A DNA stretch of 64,000 nt from Neoconidiobolus thromboides FSU 785 (Eukaryota; Fungi; Entomophthoromycota): NCBI GenBank assembly GCA_025603075.1, contig MU626272.1, forward strand, positions 1 to 64,000, given 5' to 3'. The position numbers were made by a program, and so were the translations under genes. Under the pieces are notes generated by a model. That model was not told where the DNA came from, ran no database searches, and saw only the letters and a list, made by a program, of their open reading frames with translations. Every line of letters begins with the position of its first letter. The stretch's first letter is position 1. Of the stretch, positions 39,651 through 50,171 are shown in pieces.

Positions 39651-41142
39651 TTAATTTCTACTTTTTTTTCTCCCACATAATCGAGCAACTAGTCTGATAA
39701 AATTTATCTTAGCTTCTTCTTTACTCATTTCTATTTATTCTAAATTAAATAAAAGCTATTAAAATGTAATGTAATTTTACCTCTCAGATTATACCATTCT
39801 CCCCATTTTTCTAATGCACAGTAGTCTAGCTCATTTGGCGTTCCTACAAAATAAGTAAATTCAAGTCTGAGGATAAAAATAAATAGCAAACTCACTTGTT
39901 GTATTTTGACCAATGGTAGCTTGTTGGTAGTAGGCATACATTTCAACTACTGCTCTATCATCATTTGTTATTAATCGTTTACGTGCTTCAATAGCTGCCA
40001 TAAAATCACCCTATTATTACAATTTAAAAAGAAAATAAATTTGTAAATCATTTTTTACTTACTTCCAAATCTCTGGTAGGTATATCATTTGAGCTAGGTA
40101 TTCTTGTTAGCTTAATTCCTCCATTTTGTATATTGTTTGTTTTATTCTCTTTATCCAATCCTAAAGTACTCATAGACCTAAGTGGAATTTTACTCTGAGA
40201 ATTGGATGTACTTAAAGACTTCATCCGTACTAATTTTGGGGCTTTGTTTTGATAAATGTTTTTACTACCACCTAGTTGGTTTAAATTAATATTCATATTC
40301 ATTTCATTTTTATTCACTAAATTGCTTTTTAAGTACATTCTTTCTTTTTGATCATTTTCTTCCAAGTTATTGTTATCTATACCCCTTTTTACAGCCCTTT
40401 TATCTGAATTAAACACATTGTTTTCTTTTTTTTCACTAGATTCAATCTCAACTTGCTCCTTTTTTTCGCTTAATGTAGCTTCGATTTCACCGTTTTTATC
40501 GTTTGATTCAATTTCAGTTTGTGTTTTTTTATAAATTTGTGGCGATTCATCTTTATCATTTAGCAATTTACTTCCATTTGAATTAGTACCTTGATCATTC
40601 ACATGCTCTATTTTTAGACTAGATGCCTCCCTAAGATCTAAAGTTTCGGCATTATCAACTTCATCTTCTTTTGGGTGACTTCCATTTATACTTAGACCTT
40701 GGCCCAAATCTGTTTGATGAGCTTCTTCTGTAATATCTTTCATTTTGTCTTCTTTTATCTGATTCTCACTAGTATTTAAATCTTGATTCAAGTTATCTTT
40801 TGGTCTTTGCTCTGTAGAATTAGCTTCGTTGTCCTCTTCCACTTGACTTGTTTTTATATTTGAGTCTTGAATTGACTCCTTTTGTGGACTTTTTTCTGTA
40901 TCAGTACTATTCTTCTCTGCTTCTGTTTGCTTTTTAGTTATAGTTTGTCCTTGATTTAGATTATTTTGTACATTTTGGTCTGTACTCATACTTTGGAATG
41001 CAGCATCCCGACTCAAACCCCTTTCATATTTTTTGTCATTGGTTATTATGGGTGTGTTTTCCTATTATTTTCTGCTTTAATCCTTGTTTAGTCAGTTCTA
41101 AGTTTACCTTACCTTTTTATCCATTGAATTCGTAATCTCCAT
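39651..41142 (-). CDS. Protein with a long low-complexity N-terminus and a C-terminal acyl-CoA-binding (ACB) domain, 5 exons
   Basis: Spliced C-terminus VVEMYAYYQQATIGQNTTRTPNELDYCALEKWGEWYNLREMSKEEAKINFIRLV matches the ACBP pattern LY..YKQAT.G...P...D....KW..W..L.GMSKEEA. Confidence 0.75.
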
Positions 41143-41378
41143 AGCTTAAAAAAGTTATTTTTTTTACTTTCAAATTATATTAGAAAGTGAGTGAGTTCTA
41201 AATAATCTGAAAACCTAAACTTGAATGCTTAAAATAAGTCACTCTTAAATAAAAAATTATCAAGGATTTATAACATTTAAAAGGAACATGACAATAAAAT
41301 ACACACTATAAATCAAAACATATTGATACGTTATAATGTTTTATTAGTTTCGAATACTCCTTTCTATACTAAAAAATA

Positions 41379-42411
41379 TCATTTGAAATAAGTTTCAACA
41401 TTATTTTGTTTCATCCAGTCTAAGGTATCGTTTTTTATAATCTCAAGTTTTTGTTGCAGTATTTTTGTTATATAAGATCGAGCAGCATCCTCACCACCAG
41501 CTTTATTGAGTTTCATAAACTTCAAATCATCTTTCAGCAACTTATTAACATATATTGGGTCCCCGACAGTCACGACCAAGCTTTTAAATGGCCTTGGAAG
41601 TTTTATTTCATTTAATGGCAAGATACCAACCATTCCTAAATATAAATTAGGTTAAACACAACTATACTTGAAATGCAAATTACCAGAGTGATAAATTGGT
41701 AGTATAATTAACTCCTTTTTTGTTTCTTGGACCAAACGTCCAATGCCCCACTTAAACCCTAAAAGCTCTTTACCTTGATTCACTTTCCCTTCTGGATAAA
41801 TATTAACCCATTTACCATCATTCAGCAGCTTTATTGACGCTTCAATCGCTGGCTGATAAATGCTAATAAAATTAAAGTTATTTTATGAAAAATCCAATAA
41901 TAAATTTATACCCATCTCCTCTAACTGTAGGAATAATCTGTCCAGCTTCAAAAAACGTGTTGTAAACAGGGTTTTTAAAAATGATTTCTCTAGCAGCTAA
42001 AGACCAGCGCATTAAATTTGGATTTAACAAAATACGCTGAGGTAAGCAACCCCAAAGTAAAGGATCATCCAAAGTTGATGCATGGTTTTGGTATGTTATT
42101 AAAGCTTGGTCTTTTGTTCTACCTTCGATAAAGTGAAGTAAAGTTTCATAATTTCTTATATGTATCTTTTTGCTTAAAAAGTTTAAGTAAAATTTACTAA
42201 GGTTGCCTACGAGACCACTGGCTAATTGTCTTAATAGATATGGACTTTGCAAATTAATTTTATGTGGGGTAGGCTGAGCATGTTTATATTTATAAAAACT
42301 AGGAGCCCCAATTTCAAATATATCTACCAATTTTTTGGCTTTAGTTGTATTTTCTCTAATTAGTTCTAAACTATAACTTCTAGTTTGTTGTATACATCTT
42401 CGTATTATCAT
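41379..42411 (-). CDS. TAZ1: Tafazzin (monolysocardiolipin transacylase), 3 exons
   Basis: NHASTLDDPLLWG (HxxxxD), MRWSLAAREIIF, GQIIPTVRG, WVNIYPEGKVNQ and FKWGIGRLV. Confidence 0.92.
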
Positions 42412-42920
42412 TCTGGTTTAAAAAATCATACTTTATAACTGAGTTTATCAATTTTTATTTCTTCGAAAAATCAACCAACCATTATGAATAAATTTTACAT
42501 ATGGATTTATTGCTTTAATTTAAATTATGATAAAATTTTGCATCAAATCAGAATTTAGATTAAAGCAAAATGACCAGTTGGAAACATCTTTTTAAATTCC
42601 ATCAACATTTTTTCCACTTAACAACAGTAAAAAAATGTAAAAGCAATTGAAACCTGAAAGATACCTCCTACACCCATTTGTATGTTGAATTAATAATCTA
42701 AAAAGAAATTTAGTATACTAAGGCTGTTTTCGAAGCAATAACTATTAGGCTATTATTAGAACAGGTTGAGCTGTCGAATAGTATAGGCAGGATAATATAA
42801 CATGAAGCTTTTTATAGTGAATAGACACATTAATAAAAATTACTAAAAACTACAAGAAGCAGATCATAAAAAATTTCAACACATTTATTCGATAAAATAA
42901 TATTGAGAGCTTACAGTCTA

Positions 42921-43286
42921 TTAACGACTAAATTGTAATTGTAAAAGAATTTCACCGCTATTTTTGGCCCCCATTGAGATTGGATACCAGTTTTCAACGT
43001 AGCCAAGATTCATAACGCCTAAAGCTGGGATCTTAATAGAGCCGATCAAATCATCTTTGATTCTATCGTAGTCCCAAACATCAACATGGATCTCATCATT
43101 TTGGCTGAATTGAAAGTTAAAAGTTTCGTTCCAACGAGCATTCTTTCCAGCATTAGCAATAGTCTTGGTTCTTTCTTTTTTACCTCCTACTTTAATGATG
43201 GTATAAGCATCGTTCTTTCCAAATAAACCATCACGGTTTGCTAATCCACGGGCTTCTACTACAGTGACTCGAAGGTTTCCTGACAT
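42921..43286 (-). CDS. Stand-alone C2-domain protein (paralog 1), 121 aa, intronless
   Basis: LRVTVVEARGL..RDGLFGKNDAY...WNETFNF...VWDYDRIKDDLIG, with the Ca-loop aspartates present. Confidence 0.9.
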   Translation of the reverse strand: MSGNLRVTVVEARGLANRDGLFGKNDAYTIIKVGGKKERTKTIANAGKNARWNETFNFQFSQNDEIHVDVWDYDRIKDDLIGSIKIPALGVMNLGYVENWYPISMGAKNSGEILLQLQFSR

Positions 43287-43490
43287 ATTTAAAAAAATAA
43301 AGATCAACCACTAATTTTTCAATTTTATAGTACGTCACATTGTGGCTTAGCCAATCATGTTAAACTACTTTCAAACTTTAAGCCTTAATATCAAAAGGTA
43401 GAAATTAAAAAAAATTCATTAAATCAATACAAATTTATTAAATTTGTCTCTCAATAACATAAACTAATTGGTTTATTAGTGTAAGAATTG

Positions 43491-43853
43491 CTAATGGGCT
43501 TTAAGATGTAAAAGGACTTCTCCACTATTTTTTGAACCTAAAGAAATCGTATACCAATTTTCAATCTGACCTATATGAAAAATACCTAAAACAGGAATCT
43601 GAATAGATCCAATTAAATCATCCTTGATCGTATCATGATCCTTAACTTGAACATCAATCTCATCGTTCTCATTAGCTTCGAATTGAAGTACTTCATTCCA
43701 AGTAGCATTTCCTCCTGCATTTTTTAAAACTTTTGTACGTTGCTCTTTGCCTCCTATTTTGATGCTAATATAGGCGTCATTCTTTCCAAATAAACCATCT
43801 TGGTTAGTAAGATTACGTGCTTCTTTTATGGTTATTTGAATTCTTTTGTACAT
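43491..43853 (-). CDS. Stand-alone C2-domain protein (paralog 2), 120 aa, intronless
   Basis: IQITIKEARNL..QDGLFGKNDAY...WNEVLQF...VKDHDTIKDDLIG. Confidence 0.9.
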   Translation of the reverse strand: MYKRIQITIKEARNLTNQDGLFGKNDAYISIKIGGKEQRTKVLKNAGGNATWNEVLQFEANENDEIDVQVKDHDTIKDDLIGSIQIPVLGIFHIGQIENWYTISLGSKNSGEVLLHLKAH

Positions 43854-44020
43854 GTTAAATATAAGAAAATAGAGCCAACTATATTTTTTCATGGTTGATA
43901 GAATGATTCCTATGCGGAATATTATTTAAGCCTTTTGGTTTTGATTTGCTATAACTCAATGTAACTTTATTGATTGATGATGTAACAGTACTAAAAAAGT
44001 CAGTTATCCTTGAAGTATAT

Positions 44021-44126
44021 AGGGATGTATTTTTATTTAAGAATTTTACTAATAATCTTTCAATTTAAATAGCACTTAAAAAATGGAAAAATACATCCCC
44101 AAGTAATGAAATCAAAAAACACCCCC
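44021..44126 (+). mobile_element. MITE copy F, Sola-like, with an internal extra terminal motif
   Basis: AGGGATGTA...ACACCCCC with an ATAT/ATAT TSD; extra TACATCCCC at about 44091. Confidence 0.85.
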
Positions 44127-44259
44127 ATATCCTGTTATAGCATGCATATTAAAATTTCATATACTTTGAAAAGTTTATAAATAAAAGAAAACAGAAAGTC
44201 TTTAAGAATTTTAATACTGTTGTCTTGTAATGAATAGTTTATTTTATAGTCTGAAATAA

Positions 44260-46314
44260 TTAAAAGTCATGTTCAAATGGATTGGTCATATTAAGCCATT
44301 TGGCAGTCCAGTCAACAGCTTCTAATTGCCATCTAAGATTATTAGCAGGTTTCATAAGCCAGTGATTTTCATCTGGGAAATTTAATAAACGAGCTGGAAC
44401 TTTTCTACGTAAAAGAGCAGAAAAAGTAGAATAAGTTTCAGTATTTGGTACACGATAATCCCTATCACCAACACTAAGTAACATAGGGGTCTTCCAATTT
44501 TGAATATAGTTAGAAGGAGATTGTCTTTTGGCTGATGCAAAGGCTCTTGGATCCCACATATCACCACCATATTCAACAGTAGTGAAATGAAGGAAATCAG
44601 TGCTGTGATAGATACTAGTGAGATCAAAAGGGCCAGAATGAGAGATAAGGGCCTTAAAGCGATTAGTTTTGCCATTGAAGTAGTTTACTAAATAACCACC
44701 ATAAGAACCACCCCAGGCAGCCATTTTACCACTATCTAAAAACTTATATTTATCAAGTGCATAATCTAAGCCTTTTATATGATCTTCTAAAGGAAGATCC
44801 CCCCAATTCCCATTGACAGATTTAGTAAACTTATTACCAAAGCCTATACTTCCATGGAAGTTGATACCAATGATCGCATAACCAGAAGATGCTAAAATTT
44901 GAGGATTCCAAGAGTAGCTCCAATCATCAAAGAAACTTGGCTCAGGACCACCATGGACAAAGACTACAACAGGATATTTTTTAGCTGGGTTAAAATTAGA
45001 AGGTTTAATTAAAAATCCTTGAACTTTATCATTTAAAGCACCGTCAAAATAGAACGACTCATATTCATTTAATCCAAACTGTTCAAGGTATTTAACATTA
45101 AAATCAGTAAGTAATTTTAAATCAGTACCATCTCTTTTTACAGAGTAAATTTCAGCTGATTTTGTTCTAGTGTGTTTGGTAATCAAAAGTGTATTATTAA
45201 CTTGAGCTATAAGATTACAATTACCAGTTTTAGTAATTGCAGTTGGTTTTGAAGTCTCAATATTAAATTCGAAAAGTTTATAGTATCCATCATCAGCTAC
45301 ATTAAGGAATATAGATTTACTATCATCTGAGAAGAAAAACTCAGTAATAGAAATTTCCCAACTTTGATTAATCACTTTTCTAGTCTTAGTTTTAAGATCA
45401 TAAACAGTAATCAAATTATCACCATAAAGATTTGTATCACTATCTACATAAACCCAAACTAAATACCTACCATTTGGTGAAAACTTTGGTGCAAAATTAG
45501 CTCCAATTCCTTTAGAAATCAATTCTGGGGTTGGATTTCCACTAGTTGGTACAAGGTAAAGCTCAGTAGTAGATTTTACTGCTTGATATGGTGTATCAGG
45601 ACGAGTTACAAAAGCAACATATTTACCATCGGAAGAAAGATGATATGCAGACAATTCATTGAATGGTCTTAATGGAGATTCAAAATTGGGAGTATTTACA
45701 AATAAATTTTTAGCTTCATTAGTGGCTTTGTCTAAGCTAAAATCAGCAACATGAATATGTTGATGGACATAGTCATACCATTGATCCCAAAAGCGGAAAT
45801 AACTTCTTTCATAAGATCTAACAGTACTAAAACTTTTTTTGATATCTTTTACTGAAACACCAGTTGTAAATATAAGTTTTCTATTAGCTGTATCAATCTT
45901 TGGTCCGTTAAGTTGAGTGTAATTAAAATTAGTATGTTGAATAAGAGAAGAAGATCCAGCGTTTAGATCAAGAGACCAAATATTTGGTTTACCAGAACGA
46001 GAGGATAAAAAAGCAATACGATCTTTTTGAATGAAAGAAAGAGGTGAAAAATCAGTAGAAGTAAGTGGGGTGATATCAGTTGATTTTCCAGTAGCAACAT
46101 CTAATACATGATATTTAATAGTCCTTGCATCTGTTTTTGGATCATAAGTTGAAAGAGAGTATACTACTTTATCACCTTCTTTAGTAGCAACATAAGATCC
46201 AGGACGAGGCATGCTATTTAAGTCAACAGGACCAAACGGTTTAGACTGTGCTAAAACATTTAAACTATTAAATAATGTAATGGCCACCAAAGTAAAGAGC
46301 GATTTGAAATGCAT
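44260..46314 (-). CDS. Secreted S9-family dipeptidyl peptidase V-like protein, intronless, 684 aa
   Basis: Signal peptide MHFKSLFTLVAITLFNSLNVLA, VHGGP, catalytic GGSYGG (Ser), GDRDYRV (Asp) and PDENHW (His). Confidence 0.92.
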   Translation of the reverse strand: MHFKSLFTLVAITLFNSLNVLAQSKPFGPVDLNSMPRPGSYVATKEGDKVVYSLSTYDPKTDARTIKYHVLDVATGKSTDITPLTSTDFSPLSFIQKDRIAFLSSRSGKPNIWSLDLNAGSSSLIQHTNFNYTQLNGPKIDTANRKLIFTTGVSVKDIKKSFSTVRSYERSYFRFWDQWYDYVHQHIHVADFSLDKATNEAKNLFVNTPNFESPLRPFNELSAYHLSSDGKYVAFVTRPDTPYQAVKSTTELYLVPTSGNPTPELISKGIGANFAPKFSPNGRYLVWVYVDSDTNLYGDNLITVYDLKTKTRKVINQSWEISITEFFFSDDSKSIFLNVADDGYYKLFEFNIETSKPTAITKTGNCNLIAQVNNTLLITKHTRTKSAEIYSVKRDGTDLKLLTDFNVKYLEQFGLNEYESFYFDGALNDKVQGFLIKPSNFNPAKKYPVVVFVHGGPEPSFFDDWSYSWNPQILASSGYAIIGINFHGSIGFGNKFTKSVNGNWGDLPLEDHIKGLDYALDKYKFLDSGKMAAWGGSYGGYLVNYFNGKTNRFKALISHSGPFDLTSIYHSTDFLHFTTVEYGGDMWDPRAFASAKRQSPSNYIQNWKTPMLLSVGDRDYRVPNTETYSTFSALLRRKVPARLLNFPDENHWLMKPANNLRWQLEAVDWTAKWLNMTNPFEHDF

Positions 46315-46606
46315 ATCGAAATAAACAATAAAGGAAACTATGACCAAGATTTATCCTGATTAAAGTAATAAGCTATATGAACTTACTTTGCACTTTATCT
46401 AATCTGAGTTGATTCTATTTATACTTTTCTCAAATCCTCTCTAGGCGTATGGAATAGGAAAAATATAATACAAAATAAACTAGAGTCGTCATTATAATAA
46501 AGTAATTTGTTAACATATTAAGAATATCTGTTCCTTTGTTCTTAGTACTCATCCATATTCTTTTGTTTTAAAATCACTAACGAATAAAATAATTTAGTGT
46601 TCTAAT

Positions 46607-46700
46607 GAGGATGTTTTTTTAGCTTTATCACTTTTTCCGTCTTTTAAGCACCATTTGAGTAGAATGAGTGTTAATAAAATTCTTAAATAATCATCATACA
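46607..46700 (-). mobile_element. MITE copy G, Sola-like, right end decayed
   Basis: TAAT|GAGGATGTTTTTTTAGCTTTATCACTTTTTCC...AAAATTCTTAAATA matches the family. Confidence 0.7.
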
Positions 46701-47425
46701 GAGCATATTAAATGTTGATAAAAGATTAATTAGAAGAGTATTAACAAATTAAAGTTTTGACTTAATTTCCAAAAACAACCCAATCCTGATTTTACTTAAT
46801 TATTAATTCAAATCTATATTATTTAATGAATATTATTCTATTATTATTATTAATATTAAAAAATTATGATTTCTATTTTAATTTTTATATTAGCCACATG
46901 CCATAGTATCATAATAAAACTTATTCATTATTATTAGTAAATAAACAATAGCTAATAGGAAATTTTAAATACTATCTTTATATCAAGTGTTGAGCAATAA
47001 ATGCGAACTTATTAGCCTAAGTTATATAAACATTGCTAGAAGATACTAAAGGAAGATATATAAAATATGATTTGTAACGTACATTATATAATACACTAAT
47101 ATTTGCTGTTCTATACTCTGTTCAATTTTCACATAAGTAATGTAAAATACTATAGTCAAATTGTTAACAAAAATATACTTTCCCGCATATGATTTTTGAT
47201 TTATTTATTTTATTTTTTAAATGAGCAAAATAATTTTATAAAGAATAAATGTTATTGATTTATTATAAATAAATAGTTAACACTTATTCATAAAGGAAAT
47301 TTCATTCTTGTATAAAATAGATAACAATAAGGTGGTAAATATCTAGCAAAGGAAATTACAGGTTGTTTTGTTAAAAAGAACAAAAATTAAGACTTAGTTT
47401 ATAAAGGTTGCAAGGTTGATTATAT

Positions 47426-47524
47426 GGGAGTGTTTTTTTTAACTTCATTATTTTTTCCATTTTTTAAGTGCTATTTAAGTGGAAAGTTTGTTAGTAAAAT
47501 TCTTAAATACAAAAATACATCCCC
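47426..47524 (-). mobile_element. MITE copy H, Sola-like
   Basis: GGGAGTGTTT...ATACATCCCC with an ATAT/ATAT TSD. Confidence 0.88.
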
Positions 47525-47759
47525 ATATTATCCCTTCCTCTGGTTGGTTTTTAATTTATTACTATTCTTATAGCTGGATATATAGAACTTTTAATGTTCT
47601 TCAAGGGGACTTCATGGCCTTATATAGTCCATTTATTAATAAAATCTTTCAAATAGCTTTGATTTTTAATCAACTTTCTTAAAGCAGCAATACTGTTAAC
47701 GACTTAACAATATTATTACATGAGCGCGATTTCTATGATGAAGTTATTTTCTAATATAT

Positions 47760-47858
47760 GGGGATGTATTTTTGTATTTGAGAATTTTACTAATAATTTT
47801 TCCACTTAAATAGGGCTTAAAAAATGGAAAAAGTAATGAAACCAGAAAAAACATCCCT
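47760..47858 (+). mobile_element. MITE copy I, Sola-like
   Basis: GGGGATGTATTTTT...AAAAAACATCCCT with an ATAT/ATAT TSD. Confidence 0.9.
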
Positions 47859-48111
47859 ATATGCTAACTGTTGATTAAAAATTTAATTAAGAACATGTAT
47901 ATTTGTCTTGCTACATTCAAGTAAAGTTGATCTGTAATTAGGATTTATATAATATTTGACTAGTTATTTGTTTTTATTTTTTATATAACTATATGTTTAA
48001 ATAAACTATTTCTAATAATATTTGTAAATTTAAGATTTAAATAAGTTATGATAATATTGTTGTGATATAGTAAAATAAAAAAGTATTTTTAAATCATCTA
48101 AAAGATAAAAT

Positions 48112-48209
48112 GAGAGTGTCTTTTTTAGTTTTATCACTTTTCTATCTTTTAAGCGCTGTTTAAGTGGAAAGATTGTTAGTAAAATTCTTAAACCAAAAAA
48201 TACATCCCC
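48112..48209 (-). mobile_element. MITE copy J, Sola-like
   Basis: GAGAGTGTC...ATACATCCCC with a perfect AAAT/AAAT TSD. Confidence 0.88.
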
Positions 48210-48528
48210 AAATTCTAAAATTTTACTAAATTGTATTGTTTGTAAAAGAAACTTTGAGACATCGCGCTCCAAATTAGCTTTTATTTTTCAGCATAAGAAA
48301 ATTAAGTGCAATGAGCACTTTACTAGAAGCATTATACTATATTATACTATCCTCGATTAAGATAAAGTATTTGAAAAAATTAATCTTCGACCTTTTTAAA
48401 CTATCAACTAGCTCTTGATTTAAAGGGGTGTTAATAAAACTAAGAACAAATAGAGTTGCATTCATACTAAATTTATGCCAAACTTTGGAGAAATTAAATA
48501 AAGTGAGCTAAAAACTCAAAATCCTTTT

Positions 48529-48564
48529 TTATTCTTATTTTTATTCTTATTTTTATTCTTATTT
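48529..48564. repeat. (TTATTCTTATTT)x3 minisatellite just upstream of an ATG
   Basis: Three perfect 12-mers ending 38 nt before 48603. Confidence 0.7.
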
Positions 48565-48602
48565 ATTTGTTCAACTTTTAATTATTAATTAATACATTTA
48601 AC

Positions 48603-49948
48603 ATGTTATTCAAAAAAAAACCCTCCAATAAATCAACAACAGACCCATCAACTCGAAACTTGAAGTATAGATTGGTAAGTAATTTAATAAGTGATTAGTA
48701 GTTAGATAGCAAGCTTTAGCTTCTGCAACTTTCCTTCAGCTTATTTTAATATAACTATATTAGGTACCAAGGTTCTTTTGGGCACGATTGATGTTATATT
48801 TATGTTTATTACAAACCATATGTATGATATGTTTAGTGATATATTTAGAAATTAAACCTTCATCTGAGTTAACGTATAGGTTGATATTTCTGGTAGCTCA
48901 AGTATTTTCATTAATTATATGTTGGGATGCGGTAAATAAGCTAGTTTATTTGATAGTAAATTAAATCTTATTAATTAATTAAAGGTTACTCATAAAAACG
49001 TGATCCAAGCGATATCATTTATTATTTTTAATGGGTTTTGCTTATCTTTTGTAGTGATTCAACATCAAAATATTAGACCACCATATAAAGGAAAAGAGGT
49101 ATTACTAGCTATTATTATTGCGGAGGCATGCTGTACAATATCATATATCGCTTTAACTTGGGAAATTTATCGGGAATATGGATGGAAAATCTACAAGAAA
49201 CTTGGGGCAGATGAAGCAATTCATAGTAAGTTTTGAAACAACATATTTTGTACAGTTAATTGAATCGATTAAATTCTTAGAGATGTATAAGCATTATCAA
49301 ATTTTAATTGTATTAATGGAAATGGAACTTTTTCTATCTCTTGCTGTGGCAGTACAACTTGGTACCAATGATCACTTTGTTAATAATGAGATTTATGTTC
49401 AGCTTGCTTTTGTTATACCAATCAGTGTCATCATTTTAGGGATTGCTTTTTACGCAGTAAGAAAAAAGATATTGTTAATTATTTTACTAATTTATTTGTA
49501 GTTAACGAAGGAGAATAAAGTGATAATGCTCTTAGTAATAATCATTCACTTTTTAACTTTGGCATATTTCATATATCGTATTTACAGAGTTACCAGTGTA
49601 TTTAGTAGCACTGAGATAAGTGAAAACCCTTACATCAATACGGGATACTATCTTACGTTTTCATGTAATATTTTATTACTATTATATTATCAATCCTTAA
49701 TATTATTTTAGTATCAGTAACGATTGTTATAAACATTTTAACTTTGATTTATTTAATCAAATGTTATCTCGATTTTGGTAAAGGACTTTCAGAACAAAGT
49801 GAGTTGTTTTAATACATAATGTTTACTCATTTCTTATATATTTTTAGTTTTAAGACATCGGTTGAAAAATCGATCTTTAGAAAATGGAGTAGATCAAGAA
49901 TTAGAGGATGGAGATGTGTTAAGTATACCAAGGTTTCAATTAGACTAG
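48603..49948 (+). CDS. Multi-pass membrane protein (UPF0658 Golgi-membrane-like family), multi-exon
   Basis: Spliced ..LIICWDAVTHKNVIQAI.., LTWEIYREYGWKIYKKLGAD..., FYALTKENK and CYLDFGKGLSEQIL, a pattern typical of this fungal family as I recall it. Confidence 0.7.
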
Positions 49949-50171
49949 AGGAAAGGGATTGTTTTGCCTTTAATTTATTAAAATTAAGTAGTTTTATTAT
50001 TATTAAACTGATATTTAAAAAAATAAAGTCATCTAATTTATTAGTAAAAATTTATTGAAGCATTTTAATTTGCTTAATAAGCACCAGATAGTTTAGCTTA
50101 ATGTTTGGCAATATTTTAACTAATAACTTAAATCATATATAGTAATGATTTATTTATTTTTTACACCCGCT

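Noticed and set aside
47426-48209. Clustered repeats as a CRISPR-like array
   Set aside because: The units are about 98 bp, in mixed orientation, irregularly spaced and carry TSDs; there are no cas genes and the context is eukaryotic.
47479-48272. ORFs 47479-47682 and 48030-48272
   Set aside because: They run through MITE sequence, use non-ATG starts and show no protein motif.
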